Source: Acidobacteriota bacterium (GTDB lineage: Bacteria; Acidobacteriota; UBA6911; RPQK01; JAJDTT01). Taken from it: a DNA stretch of 64,000 nucleotides. The number at the start of each line of letters is the position of its first letter. Position 1 is the first letter of the stretch. The stretch is taken from assembly GCA_965263035.1 (NCBI GenBank), contig OZ253580.1:5152001-5216000 (forward strand), written 5' to 3'. Both the position numbers and the translations under genes were made by a program. The notes beneath the pieces are model-generated. The model was not told the DNA's origin, did no database searches, and saw nothing but the letters and a program-made list of their open reading frames with translations. Of this stretch, positions 38,822-48,890 are shown piece after piece.

Positions 38822-40195
38822 TCAGACAAAAAGATGATCCAGGATGAGATCGTGGACGCCCGCGGCGGGAATCTCGCCTTGGGGCACGAGACCCGGTTCC
38901 GTACTCAGGAACACGGGGCCCAGGTCGGGGTCCTCCGTCGGTCTTCCGTGGGAACCTTTGACCAGATCGGCGTCCAAGGGAATGACGTCCATGAGATATC
39001 GGAATCCCAGCACCTTCTGCATCAGTCGCAACCCCACCCTCAGGGCCGGGATCCGGATTCCCGGATCCACGAAAAGTTCGGCGGGATCGTAGCCCGGCTT
39101 CCGGTGGATATCCACGGTGCGGGCGAAATCGGGAGCCACCGAGTCGTCCAGCCAATAGTAGTAGGAGAACCACTTGTCGGCCTGACTGACGGCGACCAGA
39201 TCCCCCGAACGGGGATGATCGAGTCCCAGCTCCCGCTGATCCCGGCGGTCCAGGACCTGCTCGATGCCCGGAATGTTTTCCAGCAGCGTTCGGACTTGGG
39301 ATCGGTGAGACGGGTCCTGGACATAGACATGGGCGATCTGGTGGTCCGAAACGGCAAAAGCAGGGCTGGCGCCCGGATCCAGGATCTCCAGGCCCAGTTC
39401 CGGCCGGACTCGAATCCACCCCGCTTCCCGCAGGGCCCGGTTGATGTGGATGGCGCCGTCCACCGCGGTGACCCCGTACTCGGAGAGCACGATGACCCGA
39501 GTGTCCCGTTCCCGGAAGTAGTCCAGCAATTGGCCGCACACGGCGTCGATCTGCCGGATGTCCCGCCCGATATCAGGCTGTCCGGGACCCAGCCGTTGCA
39601 GGTTGTAATCCAAATGCGGCAGGTAGATGAGGGTCAGGGTCGGCCGGTGCCAGTCCCAGATGCGGCGCCCCGCCTGGGCGATCCATTGGCTGGAGGCGAT
39701 GCCGGCGCGGGGACCCCAGAAGTCGAAGAAAGGGAAGGGACTGATATCTTTCTCCAGCCGCTCGGCCAGGCCGGCGGGGTGGGAGTAGATGGCCGGGATC
39801 TTCCTTCCGTCGGCCGGATACATGGGGCGTGGGGTCACGCTCAGGTCGGCGCTGCTGTACATGTTGTGCCACCAGAAGAGCTTGGCGCAGGTGACGCGCG
39901 CGTCACGCCGGCGGGCGCTTTCCCAGACCTTCTCTCCCGAAACCAGGTGGTTGGACTGGCGCCAGAACCAGACCTGGGCCAGATCGCGAAAGTACCAACC
40001 GTTTCCCACGACGCCGTGACCGGAGGGCGGCAGGCCGGTGAGGAAGGTGCTCTGGACGGTGGAGGTGACGGCGGGAGTCACCGTGCGAAGAGGCCGGACG
40101 GAGCCGTTGCGAGCCAGGACGTTCAAATTGGGGGTGTCCGGACCCAGGAGGGCCGGGGTGAGTCCGACGACGTTGATGACCGCGGTATGGTGCAC
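38822..40195 (-). CDS. eboF: Alkaline phosphatase/nucleotide pyrophosphatase family protein EboF
   Basis: VINVVGLT, PAVTSTVQSTFLTG, HGVVGNGWYFRD, YLPHLDYNLQR, DIHRKPGYDP, VKGSHG. Confidence 0.88.
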   Translation of the reverse strand: MHHTAVINVVGLTPALLGPDTPNLNVLARNGSVRPLRTVTPAVTSTVQSTFLTGLPPSGHGVVGNGWYFRDLAQVWFWRQSNHLVSGEKVWESARRRDARVTCAKLFWWHNMYSSADLSVTPRPMYPADGRKIPAIYSHPAGLAERLEKDISPFPFFDFWGPRAGIASSQWIAQAGRRIWDWHRPTLTLIYLPHLDYNLQRLGPGQPDIGRDIRQIDAVCGQLLDYFRERDTRVIVLSEYGVTAVDGAIHINRALREAGWIRVRPELGLEILDPGASPAFAVSDHQIAHVYVQDPSHRSQVRTLLENIPGIEQVLDRRDQRELGLDHPRSGDLVAVSQADKWFSYYYWLDDSVAPDFARTVDIHRKPGYDPAELFVDPGIRIPALRVGLRLMQKVLGFRYLMDVIPLDADLVKGSHGRPTEDPDLGPVFLSTEPGLVPQGEIPAAGVHDLILDHLFV

Positions 40196-40201
40196 GGGGA
40201 G

Positions 40202-41290
40202 CTAGTGTGGTGTCCTGGAAATACGAGTAGATAATCGTGCTAGCTTGTCCAGGATGGATTGGGCTGTGGCGGCCCACACGAAGGGTTTCGCCTCTTGGTT
40301 GTATCGATGGGTGAATTCCTCAATCGTCTTCACCAAGTGTCTCACGTTGCGGAACGAGGTGCGCTTGATCGCTCGCTGTGTGATCAAACCGAACCAGCGC
40401 TCCACTTGGTTGAGCCAGGAGGCGTAGGTGGGGGTGAAGTGTAAGTGGTAGCGTGGCCGCTTGGCAATCCAGGCCCGGACCCGTGGATGCTTGTGCGTGG
40501 CATAGTTGTCGACGACCAAGTGGAGGTCCAGATCGGGCGGCACTTCCCGGTCGATCAACCTCAGAAAGGCCAGGAAGTCCTGGTGGCGGTGGCGCTTCTT
40601 GCATTGAGCGATCACGCGACCCGTGGCGGCATCCAGGGCCGCGAAAAGGGTGGTGGTGCCGTGGCGGATGTAATCGTGCGTATATCCTTGAACGTACCCG
40701 AGACCCAGGGGCAGGGCCCGTTGGGTCCGGTCCAGGGCCTGGATTTGAGACTTCTCGTCGACGCACAGCACCATGGCGTGGTCGGGGGGATGGAGGTAAA
40801 GTCCCACGATATCTCGGACCTTCTCGATGAAGAAGGGGTCGTTGGAGAGCTTGAAGGTCTGGGCCAGATGAGGCTTGATGCCAAAAAGCGAGAACCAGCG
40901 CTGCACGGTGGTCTTGGAGACGCCCTCGGCGGCGCCCATCAAGCGCACGCTCCAGTTCTCGGCGTTGGCCGGCTTCTGCTGCAGAGCGCGGCTGATCACC
41001 TGGGCGACCTTCTCGTCGTCGTAGCTGCGGGGACGACCGGGACGAAGCTCGTCATGCAAGCCCTGAACGCCGAGTTCGAGGAAGCGTCGACGCCACTTGC
41101 CGACGGCTTGGGGCGAAGCCCCGACCCGTTCGGCCACTGCCCGGTTGGTGAGGCCCTCGGCACTGGCCAGGATCATGCGGGCTCGCAGGACCAAGCCGTG
41201 AGGCAGACTGGTGGAACGGGCGACTCCCTGGAGTTGATGTCGCTGCTCGTCGCTGAGTACCAAGGGGGGAAGTTTGCGTCCGCGGGGCAT
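40202..41290 (-). CDS. IS630-family transposase
   Basis: FKLSNDP, VDEKSQIQAL, YIRHGTTTLFAALD, VDNYATHK, FTPTYASWLNQVERWF; stop codon completed by the target TA. Confidence 0.96.
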   Translation of the reverse strand: MPRGRKLPPLVLSDEQRHQLQGVARSTSLPHGLVLRARMILASAEGLTNRAVAERVGASPQAVGKWRRRFLELGVQGLHDELRPGRPRSYDDEKVAQVISRALQQKPANAENWSVRLMGAAEGVSKTTVQRWFSLFGIKPHLAQTFKLSNDPFFIEKVRDIVGLYLHPPDHAMVLCVDEKSQIQALDRTQRALPLGLGYVQGYTHDYIRHGTTTLFAALDAATGRVIAQCKKRHRHQDFLAFLRLIDREVPPDLDLHLVVDNYATHKHPRVRAWIAKRPRYHLHFTPTYASWLNQVERWFGLITQRAIKRTSFRNVRHLVKTIEEFTHRYNQEAKPFVWAATAQSILDKLARLSTRISRTPH

Positions 41291-41354
41291 AGGCAGTCTC
41301 CTTTCTGAATGAGGAACCGCCTATTATTATACACGAACTAACGGGACACTACAC
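40205..41354 (-). mobile_element. IS630-family insertion sequence (1150 bp)
   Basis: TIRs GTGT(G/A)GTGTCC; TA duplicated within CTAG at both ends. Confidence 0.93.
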
Positions 41355-42241
41355 TAGGATTCGACGACCGGGGTCTGGCCGCCGCGCAGGACGGTGCTTC
41401 CTCCGTAGAACTCGGTCTGGTCGATGCTGGGGCGCGTGTCGATGCCGGCCAGGTCGAGACGCTGACTCTGGGAGAAGAAGTGGGCAGGATTGTCCCAGAC
41501 GATGGTCCGGATGGTCTGCAGCGTGATCCCGCTCTCCAGCATCAGGTCGGTGGTCTTGGGGACCTTCAGGGGATCGCTGATGCCCCAGTCCGCGGCGCTG
41601 TTGATGAGGATCCGCTCGCTTCCGTATTCCTTCACCAACTTCACCATCCGCACCTCATCCATTTTGGTGTGGGGGTAGATGGTGTGGCCGGCCCAGCAAC
41701 CGGTGTCCAGGACCAGGGGAAGGGTCTCCTCCGTGTTGTGATCGATGAGGGCCCTTTCCTCCGGGAAACCGACGCTGCGAATGAGATCCAACGAGCGGAT
41801 GGTGCCCCGCTTCTTGTCCCGGTGAGGCGTGTGCACGAGGACGGGCAGGTCCATCTCCATGGCCAGTTCCAGCTGGGTGGCAAAGATCCGCTCCTCCACG
41901 TCCGTCTGATCGTCGTAGCCGATCTCTCCCACGGCGACGACGCCGTCCTTCTGCAGGTAGCGGGGAAGCAGCGAGATCACTTCCTCGGCCAGCTTGGGGT
42001 TGTTGGCCTCCTTGGGGTTCAGGCCGATGGTGCAGAAGTGGCGGATGCCGAATTGGGACGCCCGGAAACGCTCCCAGCCCAGCAGGCTGTTGAAGTAGTC
42101 GATGAACGATCCGACGTTGGTTCGAGGCTGCCCCAGCCAGAATGAAGGCTCAACGATGACCAGGATCCCGTTTTGAGCCATGGACGCATAGTCGTCGGTG
42201 GTCCGGGAGGTCATGTGGATGTGAGGATCGAAGATCTTCAT
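41354..42241 (-). CDS. eboB: TatD-like metal-dependent hydrolase EboB
   Basis: DPHIHMTSRTTDDY, FWLGQPRT, GLNPKEAN, VHTPHRDK, SAADWGISDPL. Confidence 0.9.
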   Translation of the reverse strand: MKIFDPHIHMTSRTTDDYASMAQNGILVIVEPSFWLGQPRTNVGSFIDYFNSLLGWERFRASQFGIRHFCTIGLNPKEANNPKLAEEVISLLPRYLQKDGVVAVGEIGYDDQTDVEERIFATQLELAMEMDLPVLVHTPHRDKKRGTIRSLDLIRSVGFPEERALIDHNTEETLPLVLDTGCWAGHTIYPHTKMDEVRMVKLVKEYGSERILINSAADWGISDPLKVPKTTDLMLESGITLQTIRTIVWDNPAHFFSQSQRLDLAGIDTRPSIDQTEFYGGSTVLRGGQTPVVES

Positions 42242-42250
42242 GGCGAAAAT

Positions 42251-43111
42251 TCATTGGACCATCTTGGCCAACGAGGCGTCAATAGCGGCCAGAACCCGGT
42301 CCTCGGATTCGACGTCCCGCCGCCGCTCCAGCTCGGCTCGGCTCCGGTTTTCGCGAGCGTAACCCAAAGCTCGCGCCGCCCAGTAGCGGTGACGCGAATG
42401 GCCCCGGTGCAGATAGGGATAGACGCGCTCGATCCTCTCAGGAGCGATGCAGGGCGCCACGACCCACCAGAGGTCGGGCGGAACGTCCCGTCCGGCCGCC
42501 TCCCGTTCGCTGGCATAATCGTCGGCCATCCGTGAAAGCTCCGGATTGAATCGGGATTCCAGTTCCAGAATGCGCTCCACTCGTATTCCGTTGAACAGGC
42601 TCTTGAGCACCATCTGGTTGAAGTTCAGTTCCGGGAAGTGGGCCGCCGGGTAGGGATTCTCGCAGGCGATGGCTTCCAGCAGCGGAACGATGTTGGTCCG
42701 GCAGGCGTCGATGGCCGCGTCCAGAAAACGTCCGCGGTCGTGGAGTAGGTTCAATCCCCGGAGCCAACTCTGCTGCTCCCGGCTGTCGCCCTGCTGGTAG
42801 CATTCCAGCACCGTCTCGAAATACTCGTCCGAAGGCAGGTGAGCGATCTGCAGCAGCAGGATTGCCCGGGCCAGCTCGTCCAAGCCCCAGTGATCCATCG
42901 GAAGATCCGGGCGCAGGGAATTCCAGCGGCGAGTCTCACCCGGGTCCAGGGCCACAGCCTTCTTTCCCAACCGCAATGAGGCGCCCGCGTAGTTGCCCAG
43001 TAACCGGTTCGGATCGACGGGATCTTCAGTGCCCCGGCACGCCGTCTGGAACCAGTCCCAGCCGCGGCTGGAGGCGCGGGCCCTGAGAATCTCGGTCAGA
43101 AAATCGATCAC
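42251..43111 (-). CDS. eboA: EboA domain protein
   Basis: GDSREQ, DACRTN, NPYPA, FNQMVLKSLF, ELSRMADDYASEREAAGR. Confidence 0.88.
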   Translation of the reverse strand: MIDFLTEILRARASSRGWDWFQTACRGTEDPVDPNRLLGNYAGASLRLGKKAVALDPGETRRWNSLRPDLPMDHWGLDELARAILLLQIAHLPSDEYFETVLECYQQGDSREQQSWLRGLNLLHDRGRFLDAAIDACRTNIVPLLEAIACENPYPAAHFPELNFNQMVLKSLFNGIRVERILELESRFNPELSRMADDYASEREAAGRDVPPDLWWVVAPCIAPERIERVYPYLHRGHSRHRYWAARALGYARENRSRAELERRRDVESEDRVLAAIDASLAKMVQ

Positions 43112-43243
43112 GGTTCGTGGGTCCAGCGAGCGAAATATGCCGATAACGGGAGGCTATGGTCCCCGAGACGGGAAACCTTGTCAAACGCCGACCCAACCCC
43201 ATTCCTTGCCATGTATTACTGCCTGTTGCATCATGCTCAGACT

Positions 43244-45088
43244 GTGCCGGCGCGTCGAGGCTTCTTCAGGATCGGGTTTTTCCTGGCGGGACTTCTCCTG
43301 CTCTTCTGTACCGAGGGGTGGAGCCAGGAATTCCGTCGTCTCGACCAGGAGCAGACCCCCCCGGAATTCGCCACGCGGGAAGAATGGCTGGCGCGGGCGC
43401 ACGAACTCCGAACCCGGATCATGGTCAGTGCGGGGCTGGAACCGCTACCCGCCAGGACTCCCCTGGATCCCCGGCTTTCCCCGCCTCTGACGCGGGACGG
43501 CTATACGGTCCGGAACGTCAGCCTGGAAACCCTTCCCGGGTTCTATCTCACCGGGAACCTCTACCGGCCCCTGGGAATCGATCCTCCCTTTCCGGCCGTT
43601 CTCGGTCCTCACGGCCATTGGAAGAACGGGCGGTTGGAGCACAGCGAGCTGTCGTCGGTCCCGGGGCGCGCCATCAATCTGGCCCGCCGCGGCGCCGTGG
43701 TGTTCACCTATTCCATGATCGGTTACGAGGAGAACAAGGACCTCATCCCTCATCGTTTCGACGAGCCCCGCTACCAGCTCTGGGGTTTCGGCCCACTGGG
43801 CCTTCAGCTCTGGAACAGCCTCCGGGCCTTGGACTTTCTCATCTCCATGACCGACGTGGACCCCGGCCGGATCGGCATGACCGGGGCCTCGGGCGGAGGC
43901 ACCCAGACTTTCCTGCTGATGGCCGTGGATCCCAGAATCGCGGTGGCGGCGCCGGTGAACATGATCTCGGCCCACTACCAGGGGGGATGCATCTGCGAGA
44001 ACGCTCCCCTCTTGCGCCTGGATCTCGTCAATACGGAGATCGGAGCCATGATGGCTCCACGACCGTTGATGTTGGTCTCCACCAGCGGCGATTGGACCTC
44101 CAAGACTCCGGACGTGGAGTTTCCGGCCATCCGCTCCGTCTACCGCCTCTTCGGCGCGGAGGAACGGGTCGCCAATGCCCATTTCGACTACCCGCACAAC
44201 TACAACCGGGACAGCCGGGAGGCGGTCTATGGATGGTTCGGGAAATGGCTGTGGGGTGAGGAGCGTTTCCGTGAAGAGCCGTTCCAGGTGGAGCCGACGG
44301 ATGCCCTGAAAGCCGTCCTTCCGGTGCCGCCGCTGCCTTTGGAAGAGCTCTTCTCCAACTTCGCCGCCCGGGCCCGGGGACAGATCGAGATCCACAAGCC
44401 GCGGGACTGGGAAGGAATCTTTCGCTACCGGGAGGTCTTTGGCCCCGTCTTGCGGCACTCTCTTTCGGTGCCTCCGTCACCGGGCTCCATCGAGATGGAG
44501 GTCCTGTTGCCCGATCCCCATCATCGCGCCGGCCGGGCCGTCCTCGTGGTGTATCCGCGAGAGCAGGAGGAACGGGCCCGGGAATTGGCGAGCCGATACC
44601 GGGACGACGGGAGCCTGGCGTTTCGGATCAGCCCCTACCCCCAGGTCGAGGCGCTGATTCCTCCCGAAGACGTCAATCACTGGACGACCTACAACCCGAC
44701 GCCCGCGGCACGGCGAATCGCCCAGGTCCGGCGGGCCTGCCGGGAGATCCTGGACCGGGGAGACGTGACCGGTCTGGACCTGGTGGGGCTGGGAGAGGCG
44801 GGGGCGTGGGTCCTGCTTGGCGCCGCCACGGGCCCCCCTGTCGGGCGCGTCACGGCCGAGTTGGGGGAGTTCTCCGGCGACACGGATCAGATCTTTCTGG
44901 ATCGGCTCAACGTGCCTCTGCTGCGGCGGGCCGGAGACCTCAAGACGGCGGCGGTGCTGTTGGCGCCCCAGCGACTGTCCCTGCACGGGCTGGGTGAGGG
45001 ACCTCTCAAGCTGTGGTTCCAGGATGTCTACCGGGCGGCCGGCGCGGGCGGTATTCTGGAGCTCCGGAGCGCACCCATCGGGGAATAG
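43244..45088 (+). CDS. Secreted alpha/beta hydrolase (acetylxylan esterase-like)
   Basis: GPHGHW, GMTGASGGGTQT nucleophile elbow, GGCICEN, HNYN; start uncertain (43178/43211/43244). Confidence 0.88.
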   Translation: MPARRGFFRIGFFLAGLLLLFCTEGWSQEFRRLDQEQTPPEFATREEWLARAHELRTRIMVSAGLEPLPARTPLDPRLSPPLTRDGYTVRNVSLETLPGFYLTGNLYRPLGIDPPFPAVLGPHGHWKNGRLEHSELSSVPGRAINLARRGAVVFTYSMIGYEENKDLIPHRFDEPRYQLWGFGPLGLQLWNSLRALDFLISMTDVDPGRIGMTGASGGGTQTFLLMAVDPRIAVAAPVNMISAHYQGGCICENAPLLRLDLVNTEIGAMMAPRPLMLVSTSGDWTSKTPDVEFPAIRSVYRLFGAEERVANAHFDYPHNYNRDSREAVYGWFGKWLWGEERFREEPFQVEPTDALKAVLPVPPLPLEELFSNFAARARGQIEIHKPRDWEGIFRYREVFGPVLRHSLSVPPSPGSIEMEVLLPDPHHRAGRAVLVVYPREQEERARELASRYRDDGSLAFRISPYPQVEALIPPEDVNHWTTYNPTPAARRIAQVRRACREILDRGDVTGLDLVGLGEAGAWVLLGAATGPPVGRVTAELGEFSGDTDQIFLDRLNVPLLRRAGDLKTAAVLLAPQRLSLHGLGEGPLKLWFQDVYRAAGAGGILELRSAPIGE

Positions 45089-45144
45089 CGGGTCGGGAAG
45101 CGGGTTTTTCCTGATTCGGCGGTAGCAGAAATTCAAGGAGAGCC

Positions 45145-46494
45145 ATGACCGACCGATCTCATGCGGACCAGACGCAAACAGCGCCCCGGGGATTCCGTCC
45201 CGTCCTGCGCAAACTAGGTCCCGGACTCATCATTTCCGGGTCCATCGTGGGCTCGGGAGAACTCATCGCCACCACTACCCTCGGCGCCGAGGTCGGCTTC
45301 GTCGCTCTCTGGCTGATCATCCTGAGCTGCGGCATCAAGGTCGTGGTCCAGGAGGAGCTGGGACGGTACGTGGTTTCCTCGGGGGAGACCGCGTTACAGG
45401 GGCTGAATCGGGTCCCGGGACCCCGGTGGCGGGTGTCATGGGTGGTCTGGTGCTGGTGGATCATGACCCTTGGAGTCGTCATTCAGGGAGGCGGCATCGT
45501 CGGCGGGGTCGGTCAGGTCTTCCACCTCTTCCTGCCCCAGATCAGCGGGACAGCCTGGGCCATGGTCGCCGCGGTCACGGTGATGGCGCTTCTGTTCCGG
45601 GGGCACTACGGGAGAGTGGAGAAGATCTGTGTGGGGATGGTGGTCAGCTTCACCTTCGTCACCATCGCCTGCGCCGTCCTGCTGGGGTGGACCCCTTTCT
45701 CCCCCACCGTGGAAGACTTCCTCTTCGGCCTGCGGCTGGGCCTTCCGGAGGGGGGACTCGCCGTCGCCTTCGCCGCCTTCGGTATCACCGGAGTGGGCGC
45801 CACCGAGTTGATCATGTATCCGTACTGGTGCCTGGAAAAGGGTTACGCGCGCTTCGTGGGTACCCGGGAGGAGGGCGCCCCATGGGAGGAGCGGGCAAGG
45901 GGCTGGATCCGGGTCATGCAAGCGGACGTGCTCATGGCCATGGTGATCTACACCACGGCGACGGTGGCGTTCTACATTCTGGGTGCGGCGGTCCTCCACG
46001 AAATGGGGACGGTCCCGGCCGGCTACGGAATGGTCTCCACCCTGTCGAACATGTACACCTCCACTCTGGGACAGGGGGCCTTCTACCTCTTTCTGGTGGG
46101 GGCCTTCTTCGTGCTCTACTCGACTCTCTTCGCCGGCGTCGCCAGCAGTTCCCGGGTCGTCACGGACTTCCTGCATTTGGTGGGAGTGGTCCGGATCGAG
46201 AGCGAGAGCCAACTCCTGTTCTGGAGGCGGGTGGTGATCGTGGTGGTCCCGACGCTCTACGTCGTACTCTACGGATGGGTGGCGCAGCCGGTCTTCATGG
46301 TCATCATCGGCGGGATCTTCCAAGCGTGCATGCTCCCCGTCATCAGTTTCTCGGCCATCTACCTCCGCTACCGCCACACCGACCGGGCGATCCGCCCCGG
46401 TCTCGTGATCGACGTGCTGCTCTGGATCTGCTCCACCGTCATGCTGCTCTTCGCCGTCTACTATGTGGCCAAGAGGTTCGGGTTCGGCGCCTGA
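45145..46494 (+). CDS. Nramp-like divalent cation/APC-family transporter
   Basis: LGPGLIISGSIVGSGELI, FGITGVG, YPYWCLEKG; many TM helices. Confidence 0.88.
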   Translation: MTDRSHADQTQTAPRGFRPVLRKLGPGLIISGSIVGSGELIATTTLGAEVGFVALWLIILSCGIKVVVQEELGRYVVSSGETALQGLNRVPGPRWRVSWVVWCWWIMTLGVVIQGGGIVGGVGQVFHLFLPQISGTAWAMVAAVTVMALLFRGHYGRVEKICVGMVVSFTFVTIACAVLLGWTPFSPTVEDFLFGLRLGLPEGGLAVAFAAFGITGVGATELIMYPYWCLEKGYARFVGTREEGAPWEERARGWIRVMQADVLMAMVIYTTATVAFYILGAAVLHEMGTVPAGYGMVSTLSNMYTSTLGQGAFYLFLVGAFFVLYSTLFAGVASSSRVVTDFLHLVGVVRIESESQLLFWRRVVIVVVPTLYVVLYGWVAQPVFMVIIGGIFQACMLPVISFSAIYLRYRHTDRAIRPGLVIDVLLWICSTVMLLFAVYYVAKRFGFGA

Positions 46495-46558
46495 CGGTCC
46501 GTGACCAGAGTCGCCGCGGAATTGGACGGGCGCTGGATCGCGGCCGACGGTAAGGGAC

Positions 46559-46582
46559 GGCGACCACGAGGGTCGCCCCCAC
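46559..46582. repeat. REP-like hairpin between convergent genes
   Basis: GGCGACCACGAGGGTCGCCCCCAC. Confidence 0.55.
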
Positions 46583-46592
46583 GGGGGTTGTC

Positions 46593-47315
46593 CTACGCGG
46601 TCGGCTTCTGGAAGATGACGATGTGTTGGCGGGGCAGGAGGTCGAGCGTCTCCACCCAGACCAGCGGATGCACCGAGATCTCGCGCCGGACCTGATCCTG
46701 GCTCATCTTGTGGAGCCGGAGGATGGGAACCGTCGGGTCCTCGGCCCGGTACTCCACCAGGACCAGGCGCCCACCCGGCTTCAGCGCCCGGTGAATTCCC
46801 CGGATCATCTCCCAGGGATGAGAGAGTTCGTGGTAGACATCCACCAGGAGGGCGAGGTCCACGCTCTCCGGAGCGAGACCGGGGTCCTGGATGGTCCCTC
46901 GGATGGGTTTCACATTGTCGATTTTCCTCTGGGCGGCGCGGCGGCGGATGATCTGAAGCATCTCGTCCTGGATGTCGACGGCCAGCACCCGTCCTGCGGT
47001 TCCCACTCTCCGGGCAAGGCGGAAGGCAAAGTATCCGGATCCGGCCCCGACATCGGCGACCGTCATTGCCTTGAGGGTCCCCAGGGCGTCGAGCAGAGCC
47101 TCGGGATCCTCCTCGGACTCCCGCTCGGGGCGGTCCAGCCAGGAAGCGCCCTGGTGTCCCATGACGCGGGAGATCTCCCGGCCCATGTAGAACTTGCCGG
47201 TTCCGTGGGGATCGGTGCTGGTCCGGTGCTCGTAGCGTGGCGTTTCCGCTTGGGCGACGGTCGTAAGCAGCAGCGGCAGGACCCAGGCCAGGAGCAAAAC
47301 GGGGCTCGATTTCAT
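46593..47315 (-). CDS. Class I SAM-dependent methyltransferase with signal peptide
   Basis: VADVGAGSG, AVDIQ, DVYHE, LKPGGRLVLVEYR. Confidence 0.9.
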   Translation of the reverse strand: MKSSPVLLLAWVLPLLLTTVAQAETPRYEHRTSTDPHGTGKFYMGREISRVMGHQGASWLDRPERESEEDPEALLDALGTLKAMTVADVGAGSGYFAFRLARRVGTAGRVLAVDIQDEMLQIIRRRAAQRKIDNVKPIRGTIQDPGLAPESVDLALLVDVYHELSHPWEMIRGIHRALKPGGRLVLVEYRAEDPTVPILRLHKMSQDQVRREISVHPLVWVETLDLLPRQHIVIFQKPTA

Positions 47316-47405
47316 GGCCAGCCAGTTTAGCAGCAGACGACCTTCGAGAGGGTCGCACAGAGGGGGGAATTGGCTGAGGAGAGGGTTGTCCAACTGGGCG
47401 CTCGG

Positions 47406-47434
47406 TTGATTTGGCCAGGGGGCTACGGTATAAA
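47406..47434 (+). promoter_or_regulatory. Putative sigma70 promoter of the DUF1501 operon
   Basis: TTGATT-N17-TATAAA. Confidence 0.55.
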
Positions 47435-47509
47435 ACCCCTAAAACCGCCGTTAGAACGGCAGCCTCAGGGCGGCATCCGCAGGTGGTTTTTTGAATCGGG
47501 AGGAATTCC

Positions 47510-48886
47510 ATGCTGAGACTCGACGCCGACAAGCCCGTATCGTTCTGCGACGGTTTCAACCGGCGCGATTTTTTCCACGTCGGAGCGCTGTCCGGGTTGG
47601 GACTCAGTCTGGTCGACGTCTTCGGCCTGAAGGCCCTGGGGTCCGTCGATGCCGAGAAGGACCCCATGAACTGCATCTTCCTCTTCCTGGTCGGCGGTCC
47701 CAGCCAGTTGGACACCTGGGACATGAAGCCGGATGCGCCGGCCGAGATCCGGGGTCCGTTCAAGCCCATTCCCACCAACGTGGACGGAATCCGGATCAGC
47801 GAGATCTTCCCGCGGATGGCTCGGCACGCCGACAAGTATTCCCTGGTGAGGAGCCTCTACCACACGGCGGCTGCGGTCCATGACACGGGCCATCAGATGA
47901 TGCAGACCGGCCGCCTTTTTCAAGCCGGCATGGAGCACCCGCACGCCGGCTGCGTCATCAACAAGCTCCGGGGCCCGCGTGGGGCCCTGCCGGCCCACGT
48001 CCTGATCCCCCGTCCCATCGGCAAGACCGGCGGCAACATGCCCCACGGCCAGGACGCCGGGTACCTGGGCCGGGGGCTCGACCCCTTCGTCCTCAACAGC
48101 GACCCGTCCCTGCCCGATTTCAAGGTGCGGGACCTCCTGCCTCCCGACTACATCTCCGCAAATCGTCTGAACCGGCGCCGTAACCTGAGAGAGATCGTGG
48201 ACGGGGTGGTTGGTAAATTCGAGAACAGTGATGACGCCCGGCTGCTGGATTCCAGTTTCCATCAGGCTTATACCCTGATCTCGTCCGCGCGTGCCCGGGA
48301 GGCGTTCGACATCACCCTGGAAGACGATGGGGTTCGAGACCGTTACGGCCGCAACAAGTTCGGGCAGAGCTGCCTGCTGGCCCGGCGGCTGGTGGAACGG
48401 GGCGTTCGGTTCGTCACGGTCAACATGTTCGAGACCGTCTTCAACGAGATCACGTGGGACATTCATGGATCGGCCCCCTTCAGCCCCATCAGCTGCTACT
48501 CCGATCTGGTCGGTCCCATGTTCGACAACGGTTTCTCCTCGCTGCTGGAGGATCTGCAGGACCGCAGGATGCTGGAGAATACACTGATCGTGGCCATGGG
48601 CGAGTTCGGGCGCACGCCCAAGATCAACCCGGCCGGCGGTCGCGATCACTGGCCCGGATGCTGGTCCACGGTTTTCGCCGGCGGCGGCATCCAGGGTGGA
48701 CGGGTCGTAGGCGAGTCGGACGAGATCGGAGCCCTTCCCAAGGATCGACCGGTGACCCCGGCCGAGGTCCTGGCCACCGTATACCACCTGCTCGGCGTGG
48801 ATCTGGAGACGGAGCTGGACGGGCCCGGTGGCCGGCCGGTGCCGATCGTGGATTACAACGTCGAGCCCATCTACGAGTTGATCTGA
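47510..48886 (+). CDS. DUF1501 domain protein
   Basis: NRRDFF, GGPSQLDTWDMKP, RDRYG, LLARRLVERGVRFV, WDIH, GEFGRTPKIN, GRDHW. Confidence 0.93.
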   Translation: MLRLDADKPVSFCDGFNRRDFFHVGALSGLGLSLVDVFGLKALGSVDAEKDPMNCIFLFLVGGPSQLDTWDMKPDAPAEIRGPFKPIPTNVDGIRISEIFPRMARHADKYSLVRSLYHTAAAVHDTGHQMMQTGRLFQAGMEHPHAGCVINKLRGPRGALPAHVLIPRPIGKTGGNMPHGQDAGYLGRGLDPFVLNSDPSLPDFKVRDLLPPDYISANRLNRRRNLREIVDGVVGKFENSDDARLLDSSFHQAYTLISSARAREAFDITLEDDGVRDRYGRNKFGQSCLLARRLVERGVRFVTVNMFETVFNEITWDIHGSAPFSPISCYSDLVGPMFDNGFSSLLEDLQDRRMLENTLIVAMGEFGRTPKINPAGGRDHWPGCWSTVFAGGGIQGGRVVGESDEIGALPKDRPVTPAEVLATVYHLLGVDLETELDGPGGRPVPIVDYNVEPIYELI

Positions 48887-48890
48887 GGTC

